Below, one piece after another: positions 43,909 to 55,655 of a stretch of DNA of 64,000 bases. The position numbers and the translations under genes are program-made. Source of the DNA: an uncultured Chroococcidiopsis sp. (lineage in GTDB: Bacteria; Cyanobacteriota; Cyanobacteriia; Cyanobacteriales; Chroococcidiopsidaceae). Below the pieces are notes generated by a model, which was not told the origin of the DNA, searched no databases, and was given only the letters and a program-made list of their open reading frames with translations. The first letter of the stretch is position 1. Every line of letters begins with the position of its first letter. The stretch spans positions 256,001 to 320,000 of the forward strand of contig CAXTYC010000001.1 in NCBI GenBank assembly GCA_964248365.1, in the 5' to 3' direction.

Positions 43909-44392
43909 TTGAATTGACTTGAGTTAATAATAACCTGTCCAAGCCGTCATTTGAAGGGATGCTTGGGATTCATGCAGGAAAACGGTCTAGTATTAATGCT
44001 TAATACTTAACTACTCTAACCTATCCTCACTTTTTGCAACTGTCTTGGAAAATATTGGGGGAGGCGAAGCCTTGCCAATTTTTCCGCAGAATTTCACCAG
44101 TTGACTTTGATGTAATGAGTGCTGTTGCGTATATCTTCACTTATTTAGCTTTAAGTTTTTATCTAAGTCCCGCTTAAAAGATGCACACTCAACAGTGCGT
44201 GGTGAATTAATCTGTCTTTGTTTATGTAAAGAAATATTTCTAGGTCTGCTGCTGGATCGGGAAATTTCACTTTGCCTTTGTATTTTAATCAGGAACAATC
44301 GTTTAACTGGTATGTGATTGTTAGCGCGATTGTTTTAACCTCAACTGAACTCAAGCTGACTGATTGACAAATTTCTCCTTTGGAGTAGCTAG

Positions 44393-45370
44393 ATGACACT
44401 TATTATTGGTACACAATTAGACGATACCCTTAGGGGAGGGAATGAAAGCGATCGCATCTTTGGTCTAGCTGGTAATGACAATCTATCTGGACTTGGGGGC
44501 GACGACGACTTATTTGGCGGAGACGGGAACGACACTTTAAATGGGAACGATGGTAGCGATCGCCTTTTTGGTCAAAATGGTATTGACCGGATAGACGGCG
44601 GGGCTGGTGACGACCTGATTCTGGGCGGGGCTGGTGATGACAACGTTGTTGGCTTTCCTGGCTTAGAAGGCGGCGCGGGGAATGACACAATACTCGGCGA
44701 GGATGGCAATGATGTTTTAAGAGGAGACATTGATCCTAGTCAAAGTGGTAATGACAACTTATTTGGAGGTAATGGCAATGACATCCTGTATGGCGAGGAT
44801 GGAAATGACTATTTAGCAGGGGAAGCGGGTAACGACATTCTATTTGCTGGAAATGGAAATGACTTATTATCTGGCGGGAACGATAATGACTCCTTAATCG
44901 GTGCGTTTGGTAATGACATATTAAGAGGAGGATCTGGAAATGATCGGCTTAATGGGGCTGGAGTTATTAATGGCTTTTCCCCCAATGCTCTTTCAAGTCG
45001 TGGCGCAGGGGAAATTGATATTCTAACAGGTGAAGCTGGATCAGACACCTTCGTACTTGGAGGAACCTTGCGGCTGGGCTATCCTAACATTCCTGAAAAT
45101 AGTCCCTCTTATAGGTTTAACGGAAATGATGACTATGCTCTAATTACTGACTTCAATAAAACTGAAGATTTTATTGAACTTAAAACGACTGCTGGAAATT
45201 CGATGCCTACAACAGTTGAATATAGCTTGGGTGCATCACCATCGGGTTTACCAGGAGGAACAGGAATATACGTTAACAACTTGGGGACACAACCCGATTT
45301 AATTGCCATCTTGCAAAATGTTTCGCCTGACTCTGTAAATCTCTCGGATTCCTACTTCAAATTTGTCTAG
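44393..45370 (+). CDS. RTX/hemolysin-type calcium-binding protein
   Basis: Many GGxGxDxL nonapeptides; DYALITDF C-terminal domain. Confidence 0.9.
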   Translation: MTLIIGTQLDDTLRGGNESDRIFGLAGNDNLSGLGGDDDLFGGDGNDTLNGNDGSDRLFGQNGIDRIDGGAGDDLILGGAGDDNVVGFPGLEGGAGNDTILGEDGNDVLRGDIDPSQSGNDNLFGGNGNDILYGEDGNDYLAGEAGNDILFAGNGNDLLSGGNDNDSLIGAFGNDILRGGSGNDRLNGAGVINGFSPNALSSRGAGEIDILTGEAGSDTFVLGGTLRLGYPNIPENSPSYRFNGNDDYALITDFNKTEDFIELKTTAGNSMPTTVEYSLGASPSGLPGGTGIYVNNLGTQPDLIAILQNVSPDSVNLSDSYFKFV

Positions 45371-45442
45371 CAACTAGTTCAAATTAGCCTCATGGTCAAG
45401 GTAGGGAAAAGGCGTTAAATTCCAGGTTCAGCCTAGCATTTT

Positions 45443-46414
45443 CTAGTTTCTAGGCTGAGCTTGGTCATGAGAGTATTTAAAACCTCCCACTTCTGCTAAT
45501 GTATATAAAGGTCTACCTTTGACTTCTTCGTAAATTCGCCCGATGTACTCGCCTAAAATCCCAATACTTACTAATTGGACAGCACCAAGAAAGAAAATTG
45601 CTACCAAAATAATGGTGTATCCAGTTAAAGGTGAATGGGGAACAAATAACCGCCAGTATAATACTAAAAGTGCCATGAAAATTGCCATTACGGCTGCTAG
45701 TAACCCCACATAAGTAGAGAGTCGTAAGGGAACTTTCGAGAAGGAAACCAAGCCATTCAAAGCTAATGCCAAAGATTTGCCAAAAGTATATTTTACTTCT
45801 CCAGCAAAGCGGGGATCTCGCTCAAACAGCACTGAAGTTTGTTGGAAACCAACCCAAGCACGTAATCCCCGTATATAGCGATTCCGTTCTGGCATAGAAT
45901 TGAGAACATCGACCACACGCCTATCCATTAAACAGAAATCACCTGTATCTGTGGGAATGTCTACGTCTGCAAGGCGCTTGAGTAAGCGGTAAAATAAATA
46001 GGCGCTACCGCGCTTGAACCAACTTTCTTTACGGCGTTGAATGCGTTGAGCGTAAACAACCTGATAACCTTGTCGCCACTTTTCAATCATGGCGGGGATG
46101 AGTTCTGGTGGATCTTGTAAGTCAGCATCTAGAATAATAATTACTTCACCAGCAGCGAAGTTTAAACCAGCAGTGACAGCAATTTGATGTCCGAAGTTAC
46201 GAGCTAAACTCAGATAGGAAACACGCGTGTCTTTTTGATGCAGTTCACGCATGATTTGCAAAGAGCGATCGCAGCTTCCATCATTCACTAAAATTAATTC
46301 CGCTCTACCATCTAACTGCTCAATTACCGCACTCATCCGCCGATACAATTGAGGCAGAATTTTTTCTTCGTTGTAAACCGGAATCACAAAAGAGTATCTA
46401 ACTGTCATCAACAA
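45443..46414 (-). CDS. GtrB/ArnC-like polyprenol-phosphate glycosyltransferase (GT2)
   Basis: [24 protein letters not shown], two C-terminal TM helices. Confidence 0.9.
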   Translation of the reverse strand: MLMTVRYSFVIPVYNEEKILPQLYRRMSAVIEQLDGRAELILVNDGSCDRSLQIMRELHQKDTRVSYLSLARNFGHQIAVTAGLNFAAGEVIIILDADLQDPPELIPAMIEKWRQGYQVVYAQRIQRRKESWFKRGSAYLFYRLLKRLADVDIPTDTGDFCLMDRRVVDVLNSMPERNRYIRGLRAWVGFQQTSVLFERDPRFAGEVKYTFGKSLALALNGLVSFSKVPLRLSTYVGLLAAVMAIFMALLVLYWRLFVPHSPLTGYTIILVAIFFLGAVQLVSIGILGEYIGRIYEEVKGRPLYTLAEVGGFKYSHDQAQPRN

Positions 46415-46685
46415 TTTTATTTGTCGCGCACCTTTTTTTCAGGTTCTCTTGAATTGTTTATGTTAATCTGATATGATTTGCTTGATAATGGAAATCTGTG
46501 CTAAATATTTAAAATGCGAAATATTTGCATTATAAAAATGATACCTGGAAAGTGAGAAAAAATCAAGCGCAACAGCCAAAAAAATCGAATTTTTTTTGGC
46601 AAATCTCTAAAATCACCAGATCGAATTGGGAATTGATCTTTCTTCCCCTGCCCAAACAAAGATAAGTATTCAACAAAGGACGAAA

Positions 46686-48035
46686 TTAGCGTCCCAACTT
46701 ATTAGGAATTCCTTCGCAACCGCCTGGAATTGTGTGTCTAGTTTTTTCACCTCCCCAAGCGCAGCAATAGTAACGCATTGACTCAGACATCCGTTGTACA
46801 TCGGTAAAATCAGCGTTTTCGACTACCGCCCCAGTGTTTTCACCAGTTTCATAGTTTGGCGGCTGATTGTGGCTGCGAGGAGTGGCAGTTTCAGCCCGAC
46901 CATAGAATAAACGAGTTCCCTTGAAGTCAACACCGACTAGTTGAGCTTCATATAAGATAGCGCGGGAAAAGTTAGCCTTGATTAAATCACAGCGGCTGAG
47001 ATTGGCGCGGACAAGATTAGCTTCGCTCAGATCTGTCCAACGTAGATCAGTACCGGAAAGATCGGCAGCAGCCAGCATCACGCCCAAGTCAATCACGCGC
47101 ACACCATAAATGCGGTCTTCGGAATAGCCACCGTAACCATTGAGAATTGCTCGACCTAGGCGCGAGTCACGCTGTAAGGGAGTCAGCAACTTTGATTGGG
47201 ATAAAAAGCGGATAATTTTGGCTTTACCGCTAGCATCTACACTACTGAGAATGGCGGCGGTGCGTCCTTGTGCGATCGCGCGTTCTTGGGGCCAATCTTC
47301 TAGCATTCCTTCTTCATCCAATACCAAATCAGAGATACCTTGAAAATAGGAATCGATTGTCTGTTGCTGGGTAATTAGATTTTGCTGCAAAGTCAGCAGG
47401 TTTTGCTGAATAGTCAATTCTTTAGAAATAATGTACTGTCGCCAAGCAACGTAAACAGCAATAATAGCAATTAGAATTTGCCCCAAAGCGCCAAACCATT
47501 CTGCCAACGAACCAAAAGCATCCCACTTAATCCAACTACCCCAAGCTAGGAAACGGCGACTAACACCAGTAAGATTAAATATACCGAGCAGGGCTGCTGC
47601 AAATCCCAAGATAGCGATAAAAATTGAGCGTTCTTGAGGTGAAAAGAACTCTGCTACTGCTTTTGTTAACCAAGGGAAAAGTATCGCTACTGATAGTAGC
47701 AAAGCAAAGCTAGTTCCCAACAAGCCGATTAAGAAGTTATTGATAGCTAGCCCGAAGAAAACAATTGCGATCGCTACCAAGGTAAGCAGCGAAGCTCTGG
47801 GGTTAGCCGTTCGCAAGCTAGCAGGCGAATTTACAGTAATACTCCCAGATGGGGGGCTTTGTTGGGTTTGGAGTGCGGATATCGCTGTTAAAGCTTGCTG
47901 AGTCACCAAATTTTCGCTGGAGGGAGCATGATCGCTCACACCGTCATCAACACGCCCGTTGGGTAAATCAGTCGGTGCGATCGCTTGGGCGTTAGGGGTT
48001 GATGTGTCGTTATGAGAGTTATTGTTACTGGTCAT
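46686..48035 (-). CDS. Membrane protein with pentapeptide repeats
   Basis: TM helices followed by ADLSG/ANLVR/ANLSR repeats. Confidence 0.85.
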   Translation of the reverse strand: MTSNNNSHNDTSTPNAQAIAPTDLPNGRVDDGVSDHAPSSENLVTQQALTAISALQTQQSPPSGSITVNSPASLRTANPRASLLTLVAIAIVFFGLAINNFLIGLLGTSFALLLSVAILFPWLTKAVAEFFSPQERSIFIAILGFAAALLGIFNLTGVSRRFLAWGSWIKWDAFGSLAEWFGALGQILIAIIAVYVAWRQYIISKELTIQQNLLTLQQNLITQQQTIDSYFQGISDLVLDEEGMLEDWPQERAIAQGRTAAILSSVDASGKAKIIRFLSQSKLLTPLQRDSRLGRAILNGYGGYSEDRIYGVRVIDLGVMLAAADLSGTDLRWTDLSEANLVRANLSRCDLIKANFSRAILYEAQLVGVDFKGTRLFYGRAETATPRSHNQPPNYETGENTGAVVENADFTDVQRMSESMRYYCCAWGGEKTRHTIPGGCEGIPNKLGR

Positions 48036-48129
48036 GCTTAATATTTTGGCAGCAGAGTGTTAATGCAACATCTGCTTTATGGTAATGGGCATGGTATACC
48101 ATGCCCCAAGTGTGATCGCTTGGGATAAA

Positions 48130-51100
48130 TTATTCTTGTGAATAAGCCTCCATTGGTAAACAAGAGCAGACAAAATTGCGATCGCCATAAGCGTTATCAA
48201 TTCGTCCCACACTAACCCAGAACTTATGCTCTCTCGTCCAAGGTGCAGGATATGCCGCTTGTTCACGCGAGTAGGGATGTTCCCATTCACTTACCAGCAA
48301 GCATGAGGCAGTGTGGGGGGCGTTTTTGAGCAAATTATCTGCCATATCTACTTTACCCGCTTCAATTTCGGCTATTTCCTGACGGATACTAATCATCGCA
48401 TCACAAAAACGATCCAATTCTGACTTAGATTCGCTTTCTGTTGGTTCCACCATCATCGTACCTGCGACGGGCCAAGAAACAGTAGGAGCATGAAAACCGT
48501 AGTCCATTAACCGTTTAGCAATGTCATCAACTTCGATGAGGGCAGACTTTTTGAGCGATCGCAGATCCAGAATACACTCGTGTGCCACAAAACCTCTTTT
48601 ACCCTTATACAAAACTGGATAGTAAGGTTCTAACCTACGAGCGATGTAATTAGCGTTGAGAATTGCCACTTTGGTCGCTTCTGTCAGACCATCTGCCCCC
48701 ATCATGGCAATATACATCCAAGAGATTGTTAGGATGCTAGCACTACCCCAAGGTGCAGCGGCAACAGCGCCTACGGATTTTGGATTTTGGATTTTGGATT
48801 TTGGATTACTAGCGTTGGCTTGGATAATAGAGGTATCAGGTAAGAAAGGTACAAGATGGGGTGCTACGCCAATTGGTCCCATACCAGGTCCACCGCCGCC
48901 GTGAGGGATGCAGAAAGTTTTATGCAGATTTAGATGACAAACATCTGCCCCAAAATCCCCAGGACGGCATAGCCCCACAATCGCATTCATATTTGCTCCA
49001 TCCATGTATACTTGCCCACCATAGGCATGGACGATCGCGCAAATATCTTTAATTTGCTCCTCAAAGACACCGTGAGTCGAGGGATATGTCACCATCAAGG
49101 CAGCAAGTTCATGACTGTGTTTTTCTGCCTTAGCCTTCAGATCATCTAAGTCAACATTGCCTTGTGTATCACAGGCGATCGCTACTACCTTCATTCCTGC
49201 CATCACAGCACTAGCCGGATTAGTCCCATGTGCAGATTGAGGAATTAGACAGACATTGCGATCGCCCTCACCCCGACTTTGATGATATTGACGAATTACC
49301 AATAATCCTGTATACTCGCCTTGCGAACCAGCATTTGGCTGTAGCGAGACACCTGCAAAACCAGTAATTTCAGCCAACCATTCTTCTAACTGCTGGAATA
49401 GAATTTGATAACCCTGTGTTTGTGAAAGAGGGGCGAAAGGATGAATATTGCCAAATTCTGCCCAAGTTACAGGCATCATCTCAGCCGTTGCATTCAGCTT
49501 CATCGTGCAGGAACCCAGGGGAATCATCGATGTAGTTAGCGACAAATCCTTTGCCTGCAAGCGATACAAGTAGCGTAACAGTTCCGTTTCCGAGTGATAA
49601 CGGTTGAATACCGAATGAGTTAGATAGCTGCTTGTGCGGATGAGAGAATTTTGAATTTGTAGGGGCGAGTTTTTCTTTGATTTCTGGTTGCTTACAGACT
49701 TGTCTGATAAACCCGCTTCTACTTCTACCTGATTTTCGAGTTCTTCAATAGTGAAGGGTAGAGAATCTGTAAGTGCGAAAATTTCAAACAGATCGATTAA
49801 GTCTTTTTGCGTAGTGGTTTCATCTAGTGAGATGCCTATAGTGGTTGCATCCAAAGTTCTTAAGTTAATTTTCCGAGCAAGGGCTGCTTCTATAATTTCT
49901 AATAAAGTGCGATCGCCTATTTCCACGCGCAATGTATCAAAGAAAAATTCTGAACCAATGCCATATCCCAGACGCTTGAGTCCTTGCGCTAATATGACAC
50001 TCAGTTTGTGTATGCGTAAGGCAATGCTTTTAAGTCCAACAGCACCATGATAAACAGCATACATACTAGCCATTACAGCTAGCAACACCTGAGCTGTACA
50101 GATGTTACTAGTAGCTTTATCGCGGCGGATATGCTGTTCGCGGGTTTGTAGTGCTAGACGCAAGGCTGGTTTACCATGAACATCTTTCGAGACACCAACA
50201 ATTCGCCCTGGAACTTGCCGCTTGTATTCTTCTTTCGTAGCAAAATAAGCTGCATGAGGACCACCATACCCCAAAGGTATACCAAAGCGTTGGGTACTTC
50301 CCACAGCAATATCAGCCCCAAATTCTCCAGGCGGAGTAAGTAAAGTTAAGCTCAAAGGATCTGCTGCTACAGTAACTAAAGCACCATTTGCATGAGCTTG
50401 TTCTATAAACTCTCGGTAATCATAAATCGTGCCTGAGCTAGCTGGATATTGCAAAAGTACCCCAAACACAGGCACATCAAACTTAAATGTTTGATGATCT
50501 GCAACAATTACCTTAATCCCTAGTGGGTTGGCACGGGTTTGCACTACTTCAATTGTTTGGGGATGACAAGCGCTAGAAACAAAGAATGCTTGGTCCTTAT
50601 TTTTAGCCAGCCCATAACTCATCGTCATAGCTTCGGCGGCGGCTGTTGCTTCGTCTAGCAAAGAAGCATTAGCAATTTCCAAGCCAGTTAAATCTATAAT
50701 CATGGTTTGGAAATTGAGCAACGCTTCCAATCGTCCCTGAGAAATTTCCGGCTGATAGGGAGTGTAAGCGGTGTACCAGCCAGGATTTTCTAGAATATTG
50801 CGCCTGATTACTGGTGGGGTAATGCAGTCATAATATCCCATACCGATGAACGACCGGAACACCTGATTTTTTGAGGCAATTTCTTTCAACTCGGCTAATG
50901 CAGCATATTCGCTGCGTTCGGTTGAGAGCGAAAGCGACAGCTTTTGTCGAATTGCCTGTGGTACTGTTTGGTCAATTAGAGCCTCAAGATTGGGAAGCCC
51001 TAACACATCGAGCATTTGTTGGACTTCATCTGGGTTAGGACTTATGTGCCTTTGTCGAAAAGCGATCGACAAATCTCCTATTTGTCCTGATTGCTGATTA

Positions 51101-51135
51101 ATAGACTCGATATGATGAGGGCTGTAAAGTACCAC
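48130..51135 (-). CDS. gcvP: Glycine dehydrogenase (P protein)
   Basis: [33 protein letters not shown] start with GGAG RBS. Confidence 0.97.
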   Translation of the reverse strand: MVLYSPHHIESINQQSGQIGDLSIAFRQRHISPNPDEVQQMLDVLGLPNLEALIDQTVPQAIRQKLSLSLSTERSEYAALAELKEIASKNQVFRSFIGMGYYDCITPPVIRRNILENPGWYTAYTPYQPEISQGRLEALLNFQTMIIDLTGLEIANASLLDEATAAAEAMTMSYGLAKNKDQAFFVSSACHPQTIEVVQTRANPLGIKVIVADHQTFKFDVPVFGVLLQYPASSGTIYDYREFIEQAHANGALVTVAADPLSLTLLTPPGEFGADIAVGSTQRFGIPLGYGGPHAAYFATKEEYKRQVPGRIVGVSKDVHGKPALRLALQTREQHIRRDKATSNICTAQVLLAVMASMYAVYHGAVGLKSIALRIHKLSVILAQGLKRLGYGIGSEFFFDTLRVEIGDRTLLEIIEAALARKINLRTLDATTIGISLDETTTQKDLIDLFEIFALTDSLPFTIEELENQVEVEAGLSDKSVSNQKSKKNSPLQIQNSLIRTSSYLTHSVFNRYHSETELLRYLYRLQAKDLSLTTSMIPLGSCTMKLNATAEMMPVTWAEFGNIHPFAPLSQTQGYQILFQQLEEWLAEITGFAGVSLQPNAGSQGEYTGLLVIRQYHQSRGEGDRNVCLIPQSAHGTNPASAVMAGMKVVAIACDTQGNVDLDDLKAKAEKHSHELAALMVTYPSTHGVFEEQIKDICAIVHAYGGQVYMDGANMNAIVGLCRPGDFGADVCHLNLHKTFCIPHGGGGPGMGPIGVAPHLVPFLPDTSIIQANASNPKSKIQNPKSVGAVAAAPWGSASILTISWMYIAMMGADGLTEATKVAILNANYIARRLEPYYPVLYKGKRGFVAHECILDLRSLKKSALIEVDDIAKRLMDYGFHAPTVSWPVAGTMMVEPTESESKSELDRFCDAMISIRQEIAEIEAGKVDMADNLLKNAPHTASCLLVSEWEHPYSREQAAYPAPWTREHKFWVSVGRIDNAYGDRNFVCSCLPMEAYSQE

Positions 51136-51199
51136 AAATAGCTCTCCCGACACAACTACTTAATATTCTGCAACAATTTTTTGAATACTAGGGAATAGC

Positions 51200-51345
51200 G
51201 ATTTTAGATTTTAGATTCCAATCCAAAATCCGTCGAGGATGCGTTTGGCGGGACGGAAACCGACACCGCCACGCCAGTTCGCTCAACGGGGGGAACCCCC
51301 GCACATGACTGGCTCAACTTTCCCCAAAATCCAAAATCCAAAATT
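51200..51345. repeat. STRR tract with two nested small dispersed repeats
   Basis: (CCAAAAT)n interrupted by GTTTGGCGG..CCGCCA|AAC, itself interrupted by GCCAGT..ACTGGC. Confidence 0.65.
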
Positions 51346-51358
51346 GATTCGCCCCTAA

Positions 51359-51748
51359 TCACTCCCCTTCTACCTGAGCACGATATTCATCCGCAGATAA
51401 AGCATCATCTGCTTGGCTCGGATCATCGACGCGCACTTTCAGCAACCAACCTTCACCATAGGGATCGGATGCTACTTGCTCTGGTGAATCGACAACGGCA
51501 TCATTGCGTTCTATAACTGTACCAGTGACAGCACAGTAAAGGTCTTCAACAGCTTTAACTGATTCAACTGAACCGAAAGTTTCTCCCTTGGTAACAGCAT
51601 CACCAACTTCTGGTAATTCTAAAAACACAATGTCACCCAATTGATCCACGGCAAAAGCACTGATGCCAATTGTGGCAATGTCGCCATCGAGCCGCACATA
51701 CTCATGGGAGTCTAGGTATTTTAGGTCACTCGGATATTCCAGGCTCAT
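51359..51748 (-). CDS. gcvH: Glycine cleavage H protein
   Basis: HEYV, ESVKAV lipoyl-Lys motif, DPYGEGW. Confidence 0.97.
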   Translation of the reverse strand: MSLEYPSDLKYLDSHEYVRLDGDIATIGISAFAVDQLGDIVFLELPEVGDAVTKGETFGSVESVKAVEDLYCAVTGTVIERNDAVVDSPEQVASDPYGEGWLLKVRVDDPSQADDALSADEYRAQVEGE

Positions 51749-51950
51749 CTTAACTCCTCAATCTGCGTTTAAATATATTTAACAGCCATTAAGTTTACAG
51801 CTTGTAGCGGGGCAACTAGTATAAGGAGGCTAGGGGCTAGAGGAACCAGAGGAACCAGAAAAAAGGGAAAAGGGTAAAGGGTAAAGGGTAAAGGGTAAAG
51901 GGTAAAGGGTAATTTCCCCCCCAGCTCCCCTTTGCTCCCCCAGCTCTCTT

Positions 51951-53090
51951 CTAATTACTCGTGGGACGATGAGGAGAACGATAGAACGGTTTGTTTACGA
52001 CGATCGCCGGATAAGTTTTGCCTCTGATTTCTACCTCTAACTCTTGTCCTAGCTGACTTAGCGCAGTGGGAACGTAGGCGAGGGCGATCGGATAACCTAG
52101 TGTAGGAGATATGGTTCCACTAGTAATTTCTCCCACAACTTTACCATCTGATAACACTTGGTAGCCGTGACGGGCAATATTACGCCCTTGCATTTGCAAC
52201 CCTACTAGTCGTCGCGTTACCTGGTGAGATTTTTGCTGTTCTAGAACGTCACGACCAATAAAATCACCTTTAGTGTCTAAATGAACTAGCCAGCCTAAAC
52301 CTGCTTCTAAGGGTGTGGTAGTTTCATCGATATCTTGTCCATAAAGTGCCATTGCTGCTTCTAGACGTAGAGTATCTCTGGCTCCTAGTCCGCAGGGAAC
52401 GACACCAGCTTTGAAGAGCGATCGCCACAATACTATCCCTACATCTGGAGCTACCATCACCTCAAACCCATCTTCACCTGTGTAACCAGTCCGAGCAATA
52501 AAACATGGTTGTCCTAGTACTGTTGTTTCTAGATGACCAAATGGTTTTACCTGTGTCAAGTCTTGCTCTACCAAAGTCTGGAGCATAGGGGCGGCTAGTG
52601 GTCCTTGTATGGCAATCAGTACTTGTTCACCTGAAATATCCTGCAAGCTTACCTTTTTCAAGTCGAGATGTTCTAGTAACCATGCCTTATCTTTAGCCGT
52701 AGTAGCAGCGTTAACAATCAAAACTCCCCGTTGCTCACCTGTAGCATCCGATCCTTGGTAATAGAAAATTATGTCATCAATAATGCCTGCTTGCTCGTTT
52801 AAGAAAACTGTATACTGTGCTTGTCCTGGCTGCAACCGACTTAGATCTGAGGGAACCAAAGTTTGAAGTTGAGAAATTAGGTAAGGCGATCGCAGGACAA
52901 ATTTACCCATGTGGGAAATATCAAACATTCCAGCCCCTGTTCTGACGGCTTCATGTTCGCGCCCAATGCCAACGAATTGTACAGGCATTTCCCAGCCCCC
53001 AAAGCTGGTTAGCCGCGCTTTCAGTTCTAAAGCCAGTTGATACAGAGGTGTCTGCAATGGGGATAGGGAAATTTCTTCTTTATTAGCCAC
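51951..53090 (-). CDS. gcvT: Aminomethyltransferase (T protein)
   Basis: FGGWEMP, FDISHMG, RTGYTGEDGFE, RDTLRLEA. Confidence 0.97.
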   Translation of the reverse strand: MANKEEISLSPLQTPLYQLALELKARLTSFGGWEMPVQFVGIGREHEAVRTGAGMFDISHMGKFVLRSPYLISQLQTLVPSDLSRLQPGQAQYTVFLNEQAGIIDDIIFYYQGSDATGEQRGVLIVNAATTAKDKAWLLEHLDLKKVSLQDISGEQVLIAIQGPLAAPMLQTLVEQDLTQVKPFGHLETTVLGQPCFIARTGYTGEDGFEVMVAPDVGIVLWRSLFKAGVVPCGLGARDTLRLEAAMALYGQDIDETTTPLEAGLGWLVHLDTKGDFIGRDVLEQQKSHQVTRRLVGLQMQGRNIARHGYQVLSDGKVVGEITSGTISPTLGYPIALAYVPTALSQLGQELEVEIRGKTYPAIVVNKPFYRSPHRPTSN

Positions 53091-53580
53091 AGATAGTTTT
53101 TAGTCGTAGGTGAACATCCTTGATATATTTTACCGAACCCAGGCAATTGGGTTAGCAGCTAGCGGTAAAACTGTATCAAAGCCATCTATCTTAAGTTATA
53201 AAATATTGATTTTTTATTTGAGCAGCTAAATTTATAATAATTCATTACTATTATCATTCTGATAATTTTTGTTTTTTGTAATTATTTTTACTTCTTTAAA
53301 ACGAGTTTACCGCTCAAAAAGTGAATTATATGCCTTAATTTATACATTAAATTTCTGATGAAAAATAGTTCTTTCAATCATTGCCTTATAGGTATTTTTT
53401 GTGTCAATTTTTGACATTGACTATTTGTAAAGAGATATTACAACTCCTCCACTCTTATCCGAAAATCGCAATTGTTATTTGTAGTTATTGCATGGAAAAT
53501 TGCCAGCATCACTGCATCATTCCTAAAAAGTTAGGAATGGCGTGTTTGTTTTGATGAGACAGCTTAACTAAAGCAATAAA

Positions 53581-54372
53581 ATGGCAAAAATCGACAACAA
53601 ATTATTTCAAGGATTGGGAAACGTGGTATTTATCATTGGTACAGAACTAGACGATACCTTAACTGGTACAAACCAAAACGACTTCATATTTGGTAGGGGT
53701 GGTAATGACACCCTATCCGGTCTTGAGGGTGACGACTTCTTAGATGGTGGAGATGGTAACGATAATATAAATGGCGGAAGTGGCAACAATATCATGTTTG
53801 GTGGGAATGGGAACGACAACGTGAGTACTTGGTATACGCATGAAGGTAACTTTATATTTGGCGGGAATGGTGACGACTTCTTAGGTGGTGGGTTTGGTGA
53901 AGACAGTGTGTATGGCGAGAATGGTAACGATAACTTATATGGTTATTACGGTAATGACATTTTAGATGGAGGTGCTGGAAATGACACAATTCAAGGCTCT
54001 ATGAACAACACTCCACTAAATGAAATTGATCGCCTGACTGGGGGAACTGGAGCAGATACCTTCGCCCTTCATTTTCTCACTCCTGGTGGCGAGGCTCTCT
54101 CCTATAAAGGCGACAACAGTAACTATGCTTTAATCACTGACTTTAATAAGAACGAGGATACGATTGAACTAACAAGTTCTGAAAACCCTATTAAGTATGA
54201 TTTATCTCCTGTAAAAGCTCAATATAGCTTGGGTGCAGCGCCATCCGGTTTACCCAAAGGTACTGGCATATATCTTAACCCCCAGGGAGAACAACCAGAT
54301 TTAATAGCTATCTTGCAAGATGTCGATCCAAACTCTGTGAGTCTTTCTGAATCATACTTCCAATTTGTTTAG
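53581..54372 (+). CDS. RTX calcium-binding protein (paralog of 44393)
   Basis: GGxGxD repeats; YALITDFNK..YSLGAAPSGLP C-terminus. Confidence 0.9.
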   Translation: MAKIDNKLFQGLGNVVFIIGTELDDTLTGTNQNDFIFGRGGNDTLSGLEGDDFLDGGDGNDNINGGSGNNIMFGGNGNDNVSTWYTHEGNFIFGGNGDDFLGGGFGEDSVYGENGNDNLYGYYGNDILDGGAGNDTIQGSMNNTPLNEIDRLTGGTGADTFALHFLTPGGEALSYKGDNSNYALITDFNKNEDTIELTSSENPIKYDLSPVKAQYSLGAAPSGLPKGTGIYLNPQGEQPDLIAILQDVDPNSVSLSESYFQFV

Positions 54373-54803
54373 AACTTATATATAAAACATTTGGTAGTAA
54401 TCAGAACATAGCAGTAATAGTGAAACAGCAGGCGATCGCGTGGGTCAGTATTGCGATCGCTTGTTTGTAGAGTCATGTTAGGAAAATTTGACAAACTAAA
54501 ATTCTGTATCATTTGAATCTTCAACTACACCAAGTTTAATAAACTTCTAGCAGTGGTGTAGAGGTGAATAGCATGGTTGAAATAATACTTTGGATGCCTT
54601 AAACACTGAAGGCAGATAGCAGCTTTACCATACCTAATTTATACGGCTTTATACAGCGGTCATTTTAGACTGTTAAGTTACTACTTTAGTTATAGCTTGA
54701 GCAGGAGCATGACCGTCCAAATTTCTTCTGGGTTTCAACGTGCTGTACCCTGCACCAGTATCAACTACAAACTATACCACATTAGTTTTTTGGAGTAGTC
54801 AAC

Positions 54804-55571
54804 ATGGCAGTAATTAGGGGTACTGATGGCAACGACATCTTAAGAGGTGGAGCAGAAAACGATACCATCCTTGGATTAAGTGGGGATGACTATTTAGATG
54901 GCGCTGGTGGTGACGATCAGTTATAGGGTGGAGATGATAACGATGCCTTATTTGGCGACAGTGGTAACGACAGCTTAAAAGGCGGGAACGGTAATGACGA
55001 GTTGTGGGGTTTATTTGACAACGATGACTTAAACGGTGGAGATGGAGACGACAACTTATATGGCGGTACTGAAAACGACAGCTTAAAGGGTGGGGATGGA
55101 AAAGACAGGTTGTTTGGGGGATCTGGTAATAACTCCTTATTTGGCGGCGATGGCGATGACACGCTCAACGGCATTGGATTTAACCAACCACCGACAACTG
55201 GTGCGGCTGGCTCCGATCCCTCATCATCAATTGATGTACTTAGAGGCGGCAAGGGGGCAGATACCTTCCTTCTTGGAGGTACAATTGCTGGACGATCGTT
55301 CGGAGCTTTCTATGTAACGGCTGGTAATGCAGACTACGCTTTGATGACTGACTTCAACAAAAGCGAGGATAAAATCTCACTCGCAAAAGAGCAGCGCATC
55401 TATTTGCAAGAACCAGTAACAATTGAATATAGCTTGGGTGCATCCCCTAGCGGTTTGCCATCAGGAACAGCAATATTTGCTAACAACCTTGGCGCAAAGC
55501 CTGAGCTAATTGCAATTTTGCAAGGTGTTTCTCCAGAGTCTTTGAGTCTTTCACCAGACTACTTCATATAG
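54804..55571 (+). pseudogene. RTX calcium-binding protein with in-frame TAG at codon 41
   Basis: ATG 54804 with GGAG RBS; MAVIRGTDGND..DDQL*GGDDND; TAG at 54924-54926, frame continues to 55571. Confidence 0.8.
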
Positions 55572-55620
55572 AACCCCTAGTTCAATATTGTTCCAGAGCA
55601 ATAGACCATAAGAAAACAGT

Positions 55621-55651
55621 AGGCAATCTGGTACAGCCAGACTGCCTTTTT
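55621..55651. terminator. Hairpin terminator between convergent genes
   Basis: AGGCAATCTGG taca GCCAGACTGCCT TTTT. Confidence 0.6.
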
Positions 55652-55655
55652 ATGT

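Noticed and set aside
53236..53270. Fur-box-like ATTATCA-TTC-TGATAAT
   Set aside because: Only a partial match in very AT-rich DNA; cannot be told from chance.
53090..53300. Glycine riboswitch upstream of gcvT
   Set aside because: No recognisable aptamer motifs; only a short hairpin (53128-53170) overlapping a likely -10 box.
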